From positions 1 to 61,259 of the IMG/VR virus record IMGVR_UViG_3300045003_000239: DNA of 61,259 nucleotides; one strand, written 5' to 3'. How positions within the stretch are numbered: position 1 is the stretch's first letter; each line of letters opens with the position of its first letter. The notes below the pieces were generated by a model. That model was not told where the DNA came from. It ran no database searches and saw only the letters and a list, made by a program, of their open reading frames with translations. The position numbers were made by a program, and so were the translations under genes. This stretch comes from a virus (Duplodnaviria; Caudoviricetes). This document shows positions 28,211 through 38,032 of this stretch, in pieces.

Positions 28211-28301
28211 CTGGTCCGCGCTCCTGATGCGTTCACGCGCTCCACGCGCGGATGAGAGTCGTTATCATCGCCGTTCGCGCTATGACGAGCGGGGACCTCT
28301 C

Positions 28302-28571
28302 GTGCGGAAGGAGGACATCATCCGGCTTCACGCGCTCCTTTTCCAGCTCCGCTGCGCGATGGAGGGCCTCACCGACGCGGGCGACGCCTTCGCCGCCTAC
28401 GACAAGCTCGGCATCCTCCCCACGCACATCCAGCAGGGCAAGGGCGCCCACCAGCGCGCCGTCTTCGTCCTCGGCGAGGCCCTGAGCAAGGTCGCGGTCG
28501 CCTCGAGCGCCGACCCGAAGCTCAAGCACGTTCTCCGCTTCGTGCCCGCGCCGCCCGCGCGCCTCGGGTGA
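28302..28571 (+). CDS. UPF0058 family protein (archaeal)
   Basis: RKEDIIRLHALL...F.AY..LGILPTHI...K.AH..AVFVLG..LS. Confidence 0.85.
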   Translation: MRKEDIIRLHALLFQLRCAMEGLTDAGDAFAAYDKLGILPTHIQQGKGAHQRAVFVLGEALSKVAVASSADPKLKHVLRFVPAPPARLG

Positions 28572-28641
28572 CTGCGCGCGCATCGCGTGTAACCATGCAA
28601 AACGCAACGGCCTTCGCTTCGCCGCGCGACGAGGATTCGCG

Positions 28642-28908
28642 ATGAGCGACGCTCAAGCGCCGTTCGACAGCGCGGACGACGCGGCCTTCGAGGCTGAGGA
28701 CGTCATGCTCATCCTCCGCCGGCCTGGGGAACTCGCGGAGCCCGGCGCGCACGCCACGCTGCGCTTGGCCGAGGCGCTCCTGCGCGTCAAGCGCGAGCAG
28801 CCCGAGGCGTGGAAGATCCTCTGGGCCGCGGGCGTGCGGCTCAACGAGAAGAACATCGAGCTCCTGACCCAACGCCGCGACCACCCCAGTCTGGGCGTGG
28901 ACCCATGA
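28642..28908 (+). CDS. Hypothetical protein
   Basis: SD + ATG, coupled chain of small ORFs. Confidence 0.5.
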   Translation: MSDAQAPFDSADDAAFEAEDVMLILRRPGELAEPGAHATLRLAEALLRVKREQPEAWKILWAAGVRLNEKNIELLTQRRDHPSLGVDP

Positions 28909-29038
28909 ACCCGGTGGAGCAAGCGCTCCCGCCGCCCTGGCGCCTCGACGCGGCCGTCGGCATCGCCATCCTCGGCCTGCAAGCCCTCTTCTGGATCGCC
29001 CTCGCCGCGGCGCTCTACGCCGTCGCCCCGCCACGGCG

Positions 29039-29257
29039 GTGACGCGCACGGTCGCGTGCGACGACTGCGGCGCGTACGTGCGGCCTGACGACGTCCAGGT
29101 CCTCTACGTGGGCACCGCGGACGGCACGCTCACGAAGAACCTCTGCCGCAGGTGCCATCGCGTCCGCTTGACGGGAGAGGCCCTCCGCGTCGATCCTGAC
29201 GACGTCGAGGACGTGCGGGCCAGGCAGGCCGAGCAGCGCGCGAGGTTCCGTCCATGA
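29039..29257 (+). CDS. Small Zn-finger protein
   Basis: CDDC...CRRC. Confidence 0.55.
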   Translation: MTRTVACDDCGAYVRPDDVQVLYVGTADGTLTKNLCRRCHRVRLTGEALRVDPDDVEDVRARQAEQRARFRP

Positions 29258-29372
29258 AGCGCCTCAAGCAGCCCTACGAGGCGCCGAGGGCGCGGAGGGG
29301 CTTCTGGACGCACTTGTGGGGAATCATCGCGAAAAGACGATAATCACCACCGTCTTAGGCTGCCTGAGGAAC

Positions 29373-29648
29373 ATGCCTCCGAATCCCCTGACCCCGACCG
29401 ACGCGCAGGCCGCCGCCGACAAGATCGCCGCACTCCTCAAGGACGCTGGCGTGCCGGAGAGCCTGGCGCGCGTGAGCGTGCACGTGGACGAGCGCGAGGG
29501 TGGGCTCCACCAGACGTACGTGCACGTCGAAGCCTGGTTCCCGGGCCCCGGGCTCGTCGCGGAGACCCAGCGCCACGAGGCGGAGGCCCAGGCCGCTGCC
29601 GAAGCCGCGAAGCCCGCCGAAGCGCCTGCCGAAGCTCCCGCGCAGTAG
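29373..29648 (+). CDS. Hypothetical protein
   Basis: GAGG + ATG downstream of a GAAAA..GATAATC promoter-like element. Confidence 0.5.
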   Translation: MPPNPLTPTDAQAAADKIAALLKDAGVPESLARVSVHVDEREGGLHQTYVHVEAWFPGPGLVAETQRHEAEAQAAAEAAKPAEAPAEAPAQ

Positions 29649-29764
29649 GCGCGCGCCCGCGCGGCGGGTCGCCGCGATTATCTTTTCTTTCGAGCCACGC
29701 GCAACAGCCGAAGGCTCCTGCAAAACGGCCGCCTAAAATACTTCCCATGTTCTAAGGTGGAGCG

Positions 29765-32245
29765 ATGGCCGCCACTGCTGACGAGAGCGTCCCCGAGCCG
29801 GGCCTCCGCGTCCTCACGAAGGGCATGGGCGGCCTCCGCATCGTGTACGGGCCCGCGAGCGTCAGCATCGTGGACCGCGAGGGCGACCTCATCACCGGCC
29901 CCGCCCTCAAGAGCCTCCTGCCGGGCATCCTTCTTCGCAAGCGCTTTTCTCTCGGTCACATCGACATCCTGCCCGGCGAGATCCTTGAGAAGTTCGTGGA
30001 CCCCGCGACGGGCGCGGAGACGCGCACGGAGGTCCGCACCGTCACGAAGGAGGACATGGCGCGCTTCTCCTGGCTGGAGAAGAACGGCGTCCAGGAGGGC
30101 GACGACGCGCTCTTCGCCGTCGGCCGCGTGTACTCCAAGGAGCTCGACGGCATCGGCGCCGGCTCCTTCTGCGACAACGTCTGGGACCAGGTCCTCAAGG
30201 GCGAGCTCAACGCCTACTCCATCAGCGGGAAGGCCAAGAGCGGATCCCGCAAGGTCCTCTGCGAGCGCGGCGGCTTCGCCTGCAAGCTCGTGAACGAGAT
30301 CAGCGAGATGGAGGGCAGCGCCATCACGCTCTGCAAGATCGGCATGAACCAGGGCGCGGGCTTCGTCGTCCTGGTCAAGAGCGCGGACAAGCTGCGCCTC
30401 GACGGCTTCGTCGTGAAGGGCGACGACTGCGGGTGCGGCTGCGGCGGCGAGTGCGGCGGGGAACCCCACATGGACGAGAACCATCTCCACAGCGACGAGC
30501 AGGAACTGGCGACTCTCGAGGCGCAGCTCAGCGAGGTCGCGGCGCACGAGGCCACCGAGGGCGAGGCGAGCGACGCGGCGGAGCTGCGCGAGCTTCAGGC
30601 GGCCGTCGAGGCCCTCGCGGACGAGGACCGCTCCGAGCTCGCGATGATGAAGGCGCAGATCGAGGCGCTGGAGGGCAAGGCGTGGACGCCCTTCACGACC
30701 GAGGCCGGCACGCTCGGCGCGCAGGACGAGCACGGCAACAAGAAGTACGGCGCCGAGGCCCAGCGGCTCCTCGCGAGCCCCGCGCTCCGTGGCGCCGAAG
30801 CCGGTGCGCAGGCCGCCGCCCACGGGCAGGGCGGCGACAGCCTCGGCGGCCAGCGCGGTCCCTACGCCATCGCCGAGGGTCGCGCTCGCGCCCAGCAGAA
30901 CCAAGTCGCGCAGGCGGTTGATACTGCACCTTTTCGCCGTCTTATGCATGCCGCCCAGGCTCGCCGGGATTTCCCGCGCAACATGGGCGCTCCGGTTACC
31001 CGAGAAGATCTCGATGAATACGGCGCGGAGGCTCCGCGCCCCTCGATGCATCTACATGATACCGGACCGAGCGATGCGCGCAACTACAACAGTCCCTATA
31101 GGAAACCGATCCAGACGCAACCCAAGCCAGAGGCATCCATCTCTGACGATGTCCACGGCCCCGACGTCCTGGACGAGGCCGGCAACATCCGCGCCCAGAA
31201 GAGCGCCGACGTCCTCGCGCTCAAGGCCGAGTTCGAGGCCATCGAGAAGGGCACCCTCACGGACATCGAGGGCGCCGAAGAGGTCGAGTTCCCCCTCATC
31301 TACCCCGCGCACCCCACGCACCTCGACGTGAACCGCGCGCACGCCGACAGCATGGCGACGAAGAAGCCCACCGACGAGACGCTCGCCCTCGCGCGCTCGC
31401 CCATGGGCACCGACCGCATGGAGGACGCGGCCGTCGGTGACACGCCCCGCGGCGTCCCCCCGCGCGGCCTCGTCGAGGAAGCGAAGCTCAAGCCCGTCCA
31501 GAAGGCGCTCGGCGACGGCCAGTCGAACATGGCCTCCAACCAGCAGGCCGTGATGGGCAAGGACGTCGAGGGCGCCATGGGTGGCCCCGACACCGGCGCG
31601 GGCTACATGGCGAAGGATCCCCACGCCGAGGCCCACGAGCGCGAGCAGGCTTTCCTCGCCGCGGCCGACCCCGAGGCGCAGGAGCGCGTCGCGCTGGCCC
31701 ACCAGTTCACGCCGAAGGCCAAGGCCGCCGCGCAGCTCGCCCTCAAGAGCGCGCAGCCCCGCGCGCCGCGCCCCGTCTCGCCCCTCGAGGTCATGCCCCT
31801 CGTCCGCAAGGAGGCGGCTGACGTCCAGGTCATGCCCGGCACCGTCATGAAGCCCGGGCCGGGCCACCAGCACTCGGAGAACTTCGAGCGCTGCCTCGCC
31901 GACGTGCGCGCGCAGACGCCCGCCGGCCGCGACCCCGACGAGTACGCCCACCGCATCTGCTACAGCACCGTCGGCAAGGACGCCTTCCAGAAGGAGTTCG
32001 TCCCCACCTGTCGCGGCTGCCAGCGCGTCCTCAAGGCGCTCGGCAACCAGTACGAGGCCGCCCACTACTTCGAGGTCGCCCTCAAGGCCGCCACGACCGG
32101 CCGCGCCTCCTACCACGGCCTCCGCACGCAGCACGTCGCGCTGCTCAAGGCCGACCTCCCCGCGCTCACCGAGCGCCTCCCCGTCCTCCAGCGCCAGCTC
32201 ACGAAGAGCGGGCCCGCTGAGGTACACCCCAAGGTGAATCCATGA
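29765..32245 (+). CDS. Prohead protease (XkdF-like) with long scaffold/internal-protein extension
   Basis: RIVYGPASVSIVDREGDLI, VWDQVLKGELNAYSISG; upstream of scaffold and MCP. Confidence 0.85.
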   Translation: MAATADESVPEPGLRVLTKGMGGLRIVYGPASVSIVDREGDLITGPALKSLLPGILLRKRFSLGHIDILPGEILEKFVDPATGAETRTEVRTVTKEDMARFSWLEKNGVQEGDDALFAVGRVYSKELDGIGAGSFCDNVWDQVLKGELNAYSISGKAKSGSRKVLCERGGFACKLVNEISEMEGSAITLCKIGMNQGAGFVVLVKSADKLRLDGFVVKGDDCGCGCGGECGGEPHMDENHLHSDEQELATLEAQLSEVAAHEATEGEASDAAELRELQAAVEALADEDRSELAMMKAQIEALEGKAWTPFTTEAGTLGAQDEHGNKKYGAEAQRLLASPALRGAEAGAQAAAHGQGGDSLGGQRGPYAIAEGRARAQQNQVAQAVDTAPFRRLMHAAQARRDFPRNMGAPVTREDLDEYGAEAPRPSMHLHDTGPSDARNYNSPYRKPIQTQPKPEASISDDVHGPDVLDEAGNIRAQKSADVLALKAEFEAIEKGTLTDIEGAEEVEFPLIYPAHPTHLDVNRAHADSMATKKPTDETLALARSPMGTDRMEDAAVGDTPRGVPPRGLVEEAKLKPVQKALGDGQSNMASNQQAVMGKDVEGAMGGPDTGAGYMAKDPHAEAHEREQAFLAAADPEAQERVALAHQFTPKAKAAAQLALKSAQPRAPRPVSPLEVMPLVRKEAADVQVMPGTVMKPGPGHQHSENFERCLADVRAQTPAGRDPDEYAHRICYSTVGKDAFQKEFVPTCRGCQRVLKALGNQYEAAHYFEVALKAATTGRASYHGLRTQHVALLKADLPALTERLPVLQRQLTKSGPAEVHPKVNP

Positions 32246-32988
32246 GTCCCGCACCCACGAGTGGGGCGCCGGGGGACCAGAAGCTGAAGGCTCCCCTCCA
32301 GACGCCCAACGAGACGCGCGCGCAGGACTCCCTGCCGCCCGAGGCCAAGGACCCGGGCTCCGAGCAGGGAGGCTCCGTCGAGGCCTACAAGGCGTACGCC
32401 AAGAAGGCCCTCGGCGTCGCGCAGACCAAGGACGCCGAGAACACGCGCCTGAAGGCGCAGCTCGCGCAGATGGAGGCCAAGCTCAAGGAGTACGAGCCCC
32501 ACCAGCAGGCCAGCGGCACCGGCGCCCCCGCCCCCAAGCCGACGAACAACCCCGTCAAGGAGGACATGGACAAGGCTCAGTCCCCCGAAGGCGTGGTCAA
32601 GCCTCCGCATGACACGGAGGGCGACGTCGAGCTCCCGAGCCTCTACAAGGCGCTCCGCGAGCGCCCCGACCTCATGGCCGCGCTCAAGCAGGACATCCTC
32701 AAGGAGCTGCGCCCCGAGATCGAGAACGGCGTCAAGACGACCCTCAAGGGCGTCACGCCCCGCCCCGGTGGCGGTTGGGTCGCCGTCGGTGAGACCGGCT
32801 GGCCCAAGCTGCGCCAGATGATCATGAAGGCCGTCACGCACGACCGGCTCGCGGCCGGCTCGTACACGTCGGAGGACTTCGAGTCCTTCGGCTTCAAGTC
32901 GCACGGCCAGGACAGCGAGGCCGCGCTCGGCGTGGACCGCTTCGTCCAGAAGATGCTCCGCGACGAGTTCAACCAGGTGGTGTTCTGA
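32242..32988 (+). CDS. Capsid scaffolding protein (putative)
   Basis: Coiled coil; between protease and MCP. Confidence 0.65.
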   Translation: MSPAPTSGAPGDQKLKAPLQTPNETRAQDSLPPEAKDPGSEQGGSVEAYKAYAKKALGVAQTKDAENTRLKAQLAQMEAKLKEYEPHQQASGTGAPAPKPTNNPVKEDMDKAQSPEGVVKPPHDTEGDVELPSLYKALRERPDLMAALKQDILKELRPEIENGVKTTLKGVTPRPGGGWVAVGETGWPKLRQMIMKAVTHDRLAAGSYTSEDFESFGFKSHGQDSEAALGVDRFVQKMLRDEFNQVVF

Positions 32989-34232
32989 TAGCCCAGGACC
33001 TCTTCGGCGGCGACATCGCCGCGCTGTACGAGTACTGCCTGACCAAGGGCGCCGCGCCGCAGTTCATCAAGAACTTCCTGCTCAAGGCGGGCGGCACGGT
33101 CTCCGACATGGCGGGCGCGATCAACGTCGTGTACGGCTCGCTCGTGTACGACCTCCCGAACCGTGAGACGAACGCCCACGCCGTCATCAAGAAGGTGCCG
33201 TGGGAGATCTCGGGCTACCGCTACACGAACAGCAACCCGACCACGAAGCTGTACGGCGGCGCTGACCCGTCCACCATCGGGACGGACATCGACACGACGC
33301 CCACGGAGCTCTCGAGCATCCCCGGCTTCGTGCACTCGCCCTTCGGCCTGAGCGCCGACGCGGCGTTCCGCACCCGCCACGACGACGGCCTCGACGCCTG
33401 GGAGTGGAAGCGCGCCAACATCCGCGACATCCATGCGCAGGGCCTCAACGAGCAGCTCCTGAACTCGGCCCAGGCCGAGGCCAACGCCATCGGCGCGGGC
33501 GGCTCGACGGACCCCAAAAACGCCGGCAACGGCGTGGGCATCGACACGCTCGACCGCGTCTTCGCGGCCAAGGCCGAGGCTGACGCCTTCAAGGTCGGCG
33601 CGGGCAACTACGGCCTCTTCGAGAACCAGGTCTCGCGCGACACGGCGAACCCGCAGTTCGACGCGGTCGTCGCGCGCCCGGACGGGAAGACGGACAGCAC
33701 GAGCCTCCAGAACAACATCCCCTTCCAGATCGACGGTCTGGACTACGTGCTGGACACGACGGAGGACAACGGCGCTGACGAAGCGAGCCAGGTCATCCTG
33801 ACCTCGCGCCAGACGCGCCGCGCGCTCTACAAGGATCTCGCGACCGCCGGCCGCTTCGACATCACCGGCCAGGTCCAGGCGAAGATCACGATGGCGGGCC
33901 TCTCGCCCACCTCGACCCACCAGGGCCGCGACGTGAGCTTCACCGTCCGCACCTACCAGGGCCGTATCGTCGTCGCCGACCGCAACATGATGAGCAACGG
34001 CACGACCAAGCGCACCGCGACCACCCCCGACGGTGGCACGGGCCTGGGCCACATGCTCGTCGCGGACCAGCGCCACATCCACCTGAAGGTGGGCTTCCCG
34101 ACCCTGTACATCGAGGCGGACAACCCGATCCTCCTCAACGCCTTCCGCACGAGGGCGCTGTACTGGACCTGCGAGCAGCTCTACTTCACGAAGATCCCGG
34201 TGCACGGCAAGGTCCGCAGCATCCTCTCGTGA
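32988..34232 (+). CDS. Major capsid protein (HK97 fold); probable ATA start at 32988 (first ATG 33108)
   Basis: Position and size; N..YG...Y..N.E.NA..VI.K.PW..SGYR pattern; 40 well-biased in-frame codons upstream of the ATG. Confidence 0.8.
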   Translation: MAQDLFGGDIAALYEYCLTKGAAPQFIKNFLLKAGGTVSDMAGAINVVYGSLVYDLPNRETNAHAVIKKVPWEISGYRYTNSNPTTKLYGGADPSTIGTDIDTTPTELSSIPGFVHSPFGLSADAAFRTRHDDGLDAWEWKRANIRDIHAQGLNEQLLNSAQAEANAIGAGGSTDPKNAGNGVGIDTLDRVFAAKAEADAFKVGAGNYGLFENQVSRDTANPQFDAVVARPDGKTDSTSLQNNIPFQIDGLDYVLDTTEDNGADEASQVILTSRQTRRALYKDLATAGRFDITGQVQAKITMAGLSPTSTHQGRDVSFTVRTYQGRIVVADRNMMSNGTTKRTATTPDGGTGLGHMLVADQRHIHLKVGFPTLYIEADNPILLNAFRTRALYWTCEQLYFTKIPVHGKVRSILS

Positions 34233-34342
34233 GGTAGCCGCGAGGCTCCTCCGGAGCGCTGCCCGCCCGCGACGACGGGCAGCCTCCGCCTCTCCCTGAT
34301 CCGAACCTTCGTCGCACCACCCAACGAACGAGCGTGCGAAAC

Positions 34343-34891
34343 ATGACGACCCCCGAAGCCGCCCAAGAACCGAAGCTCATCGAGGCGTACAGCCGCGCCC
34401 CGCGCACCTGGCGCGGCCAGTGGCACCCTTCCAAGCCCGGCATCACGTTCTACCCCGACACGCTGTACTACGTCCACCCCGCCTGCTTCAGCACGGAGCG
34501 TTTCATGCTCGCGGACGAGTGGCGCGCGGACAAGCAGCGCCGGGACGCCGAGAAGCAGCGTAAGGAGCAGGCGCGCATCTTCCGCGACGCTCCCCCGGCC
34601 ACCAAGGAGGTCACCGCGGGCGGCGTCGCCGGCGGCCTCGCGCGCACCTTCGCGCCCCCGCAGGAAGCCGATCAGGCGCCGGTCCTGCCCGAGGGCAAGC
34701 CCGAGCCCACCATCCGCTCGCTCCCCGCGCCCACCCCGGCTCCCGTCCTGGATGCCGAGGTCTCCACGTCCACGCCCGACGCGCCCGCTGCCGCGGACGC
34801 GGAGAGCGAGACCACCGCCGCCAGCGCTCCCAAGGCGCGTGGTGGCAAGCCCAGCCGCAAGGCCGGCAGCCCTGCGGCCACGGAAGCGTGA
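34343..34891 (+). CDS. Hypothetical protein with low-complexity tail
   Basis: Post-MCP ORF. Confidence 0.55.
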   Translation: MTTPEAAQEPKLIEAYSRAPRTWRGQWHPSKPGITFYPDTLYYVHPACFSTERFMLADEWRADKQRRDAEKQRKEQARIFRDAPPATKEVTAGGVAGGLARTFAPPQEADQAPVLPEGKPEPTIRSLPAPTPAPVLDAEVSTSTPDAPAAADAESETTAASAPKARGGKPSRKAGSPAATEA

Positions 34892-34897
34892 GACACC

Positions 34898-35806
34898 ATG
34901 ACGTACAGCTTCACCAGCACCGAAACGACCCGCGAGATCACGGGCCGCCGCCGCAAGATCGCCGGCACCCTCAACCTGAGCGCGTACGAGAGCGGCGGCG
35001 TCCTCCTGGACGCGGCAGGCGTTCGCCTCAGCCACCGCATCGTGGACATCGAGCCCAACGGCCCCAGCGACCAAGGCTGGGTCGTCCGCTACGACAAGAC
35101 GAACGTGAAGATGATCGCCACGCGCCCCGCGGGCGTCCGCACGGTCGCGCTCCCCTCCGCTACCGGCGGCACGGGCGTCAAGGGCGGCACCTCGGCCAAC
35201 CAGGTCGCGAGCGGCGCGGCCGGCGTCAACGACGCCTTCGTCCACGCCGCCGCGGCCCTCGTCACGACCGTCGTGAACACGGGCCTCACGAACCCCGACA
35301 CGCCCCGCAACCTCCGCGTCGTCCTCTCCAGCGCGGCCGGCGGCACGCTCCCCGCGAACTGCGGCACGTGCACCATCATCGGCACCGACCAGTTCGGCAA
35401 CGCCATCACGGAGGCCGTGGCCCTCTCCCCGGTCAACAGCGTCGTCCTCGGCGCGGGCGGCGTCGTCTTCGTCAAGAGCACGAAGGTCTTCGCCACCGTG
35501 ACGAGCTACCAGTTCTCGGTCAACCTCGCCGCGAGCGTCGCCGACATCCAGGCCAGCATCGGCTTGGGCACGAAGCTGGGCCTCTACGACCCCCTGAACG
35601 TCGTGGGCGACTTCAAGGCGCTCTCGAAGAACGGCACGGGCATCGCCGCGGCGACCTACACGGCCGACGCGACGGTCCACGCCATCGAGATGGGCGCCAA
35701 CCTCGCCAACAACGATCAGGTCCTGGCGACGTACGACTGCAGCCTCGGCCAGCCGCCCGTGGGCACGAACATCGGCAACGTCCTGGTGGACGTCATCGGC
35801 ATCTGA
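34898..35806 (+). CDS. Virion structural protein (decoration-like)
   Basis: Ala/Gly/Thr/Val-rich; PRNLRV..TIIGTDQFGNAITE motif. Confidence 0.65.
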   Translation: MTYSFTSTETTREITGRRRKIAGTLNLSAYESGGVLLDAAGVRLSHRIVDIEPNGPSDQGWVVRYDKTNVKMIATRPAGVRTVALPSATGGTGVKGGTSANQVASGAAGVNDAFVHAAAALVTTVVNTGLTNPDTPRNLRVVLSSAAGGTLPANCGTCTIIGTDQFGNAITEAVALSPVNSVVLGAGGVVFVKSTKVFATVTSYQFSVNLAASVADIQASIGLGTKLGLYDPLNVVGDFKALSKNGTGIAAATYTADATVHAIEMGANLANNDQVLATYDCSLGQPPVGTNIGNVLVDVIGI

Positions 35807-35819
35807 GGAGACGGTCCGC

Positions 35820-36176
35820 ATGAAGGCCGCTCTCCTCCCCCAGCACCCGGAAGGGCTCGAAGTTCGCGAGTCGCCTCACGGCGTCGTGTACGCCGTCCGC
35901 CCCATCCGCTACGGCCGGATGGAGAACGGCTGGAAGCACCGCTTCGTGGACATCGACGTCCTGAGCCTGCCCATGAACGCTGGCCTCGTCCTCGAGCCCG
36001 GAGAGCTCCAAGTCACGAAGCTCATCAACGCGAACCCCCAGCCCATCGGCTGGGCGGGCCGCGTCACGTGGGACGGGGACGAGACGCGCCCCTGCTTCAT
36101 GCTGACCGACTACCCCGAGTTCGGAGACGACGAGATGCCCGTCCTCCGCTTCCGCGTGGAGGTGACGGGCTCGTGA
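35820..36176 (+). CDS. Hypothetical protein
   Basis: GAGGAG SD + ATG. Confidence 0.55.
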   Translation: MKAALLPQHPEGLEVRESPHGVVYAVRPIRYGRMENGWKHRFVDIDVLSLPMNAGLVLEPGELQVTKLINANPQPIGWAGRVTWDGDETRPCFMLTDYPEFGDDEMPVLRFRVEVTGS

Positions 36177-36385
36177 GCCCCGCCCGCCGGGCCGCCGTCG
36201 TGAACGGCCGCGACGCGGTCGCCATCGTCGCCATCGTCGCCATCGCGAGCCTGGAAGGCGTCGCGCTCGCGACCGGCCGCGATGGCGTCTTCTTCAGCGG
36301 CACGCTCGCGCTCATCGGCAGCATCGTCGGCGTGAGGCTGGGCGTCAAGGCGCTCCGCCTCAAGCTCGTCGAGGAGGAGGGCTGA
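36173..36385 (+). CDS. Small two-TM membrane protein
   Basis: AVAIVAIVAIASLEGVAL..G.DG.FFSGTLALIGSIVG. Confidence 0.6.
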   Translation: MSPARRAAVVNGRDAVAIVAIVAIASLEGVALATGRDGVFFSGTLALIGSIVGVRLGVKALRLKLVEEEG

Positions 36386-36387
36386 GC

Positions 36388-37098
36388 ATGGCGCGCGGCG
36401 TCCCCTTCTTCATCACGGGCTACAACAGCGGCGTGAGCACGAGCATCACGGACCTCGCCGAGCACGTCGCCGGCGGCGCGCTCTACGCCTTCCCCGCGGC
36501 GGCCACCGCCATGGAGGTCGTGAGCGCGAGCGCCAACGACGCCGCGGCCGGCACCGGCGCGCGCCAGGTCCAAGTCGTGGGCCTCGACGCGAACTACAAC
36601 CCGCAGAGCGAGACGGTCATCCTCAACGGCACGACGCCCGTCGCGACCGCAAAGAGCTACCTCCGCATCAACGACTTCCACGTCCTCGCCGTGGGCAGCG
36701 GCGGCGTGAGCGCGGGCAACATCACGCTGCGCGACGCCGGCGCGGGCACGACGCGCTCGCGCATCACGGCCGGCTTCCAGCGCGCGCTCCAAGGCATCTT
36801 CACGGTGCCCGCTGGCTTCCGCGCGGATATCCTCTACCCCGAGTGGGGCGTGGACACCGCGAAGGCCGCTCGCGCCCTCGTGTACGCCAACGTGGACCCC
36901 GACGAGATGAGCCCCCTCCCAGTGGGCGTCTTCGTCGAGCTCATCCACCGCATCATGAGCGGTCCCGTCGCACCGAACCTCGCCGAGACGCCCATGGTCC
37001 TCCCACCGAAGACCGACATGCGCCTGAGCGCCCTCACGCTCGCAGCGACGGCGGCCGTCAGCGGCAAGATCGGCATCGTCCTCCACCGGGTCCAGTAG
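36388..37098 (+). CDS. Virion structural protein
   Basis: SASANDAAAGTGARQVQVVGLDANY...ETVILNG motif seen in phage structural proteins. Confidence 0.65.
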   Translation: MARGVPFFITGYNSGVSTSITDLAEHVAGGALYAFPAAATAMEVVSASANDAAAGTGARQVQVVGLDANYNPQSETVILNGTTPVATAKSYLRINDFHVLAVGSGGVSAGNITLRDAGAGTTRSRITAGFQRALQGIFTVPAGFRADILYPEWGVDTAKAARALVYANVDPDEMSPLPVGVFVELIHRIMSGPVAPNLAETPMVLPPKTDMRLSALTLAATAAVSGKIGIVLHRVQ

Positions 37099-37108
37099 GA
37101 GAACCTGA

Positions 37109-38032
37109 ATGGGCTACACCCTGTACGCGGCGTGCACCCCGGGCGACGTGGCCGCCTTCCTCCAAGACGAGGTCGGCTTCGACGCCACCAGCCAGCCGCG
37201 CGCAGGGACCATCGGGAGCTTCATCGTCGCGGCCGAGGGCGACTTCTTCGACCGCACGGGCACCATCTTCGGCAAGCCGGTCCTCATCACGGAGGAGGTC
37301 CACGACCTCGAGGCGGAACGGAGCCGCTACCCGGACCTCTTCGACGGCTTCCTCGTGCGCCGGCCCATCCACCTGCTCAAGAAGCCGCTCGTGCCCTTCC
37401 AGGCGGCACGGAACCACAAGATCGAGCTCTTCCTCGGCAGCGCCACGGCCGTCGCGGGGAGTCCGGGCGCGGAGACGTGGGACGAGTGGGTCGCGACGAA
37501 GACGTACGGCCGCACGCAGGACTACTGGGCCGACTACCAGAAGGCCATCCTCTACATCCGCAAGAGCTTCATCGTGCGCCGTGACGCCCTCGCGCGCATC
37601 ACGTACGAGGTCGGCTTCGTCCCGCCCACGCTCACCGGCGCGCTCGGCACCACCGACACGACCATCCCCGTCAGCGACACGCGCTGGCTCCAGAACCGCG
37701 GCTGGATCCGCATCGGCGACGAGTACATCGCGTACTCCGCCAAGAGCACGAGCGCCGGTCCCGGGAACCTCACCGGCTGCCAGCGCGGCTACTTCGCCAC
37801 CGTGAGCGCGAGCCACGCCAGCGGCGACGAGGTGTACGGCAACATCCCCGACGGCTATCGCCAGCTCATCATCAAGCGCGCGGCCACGCTCTTCCTCCAG
37901 AACGAACGCTACTCGGGCCGCGTCGGCGAGGAGTCCGAGGGCTACGGCATCAAGGACGCCGTCGAGCAGTGGGAGAAGGACTGGGAGAGCGAGATCGCCA
38001 ACAAGTACTCCGCGTGGAGGAACGTCGCGTGA
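37109..38032 (+). CDS. Head-tail adaptor (gp6/gp15-like) with inserted beta module
   Basis: N-terminal ACTPGDVAAFL, C-terminal IPDGYRQLIIKRAA. Confidence 0.65.
   Translation: MGYTLYAACTPGDVAAFLQDEVGFDATSQPRAGTIGSFIVAAEGDFFDRTGTIFGKPVLITEEVHDLEAERSRYPDLFDGFLVRRPIHLLKKPLVPFQAARNHKIELFLGSATAVAGSPGAETWDEWVATKTYGRTQDYWADYQKAILYIRKSFIVRRDALARITYEVGFVPPTLTGALGTTDTTIPVSDTRWLQNRGWIRIGDEYIAYSAKSTSAGPGNLTGCQRGYFATVSASHASGDEVYGNIPDGYRQLIIKRAATLFLQNERYSGRVGEESEGYGIKDAVEQWEKDWESEIANKYSAWRNVA

Noticed and set aside
29765-34232. Haloarchaeal virus assignment based on high GC
   Set aside because: Proteins are rich in Lys/Arg and lack a proteome-wide acidic bias.
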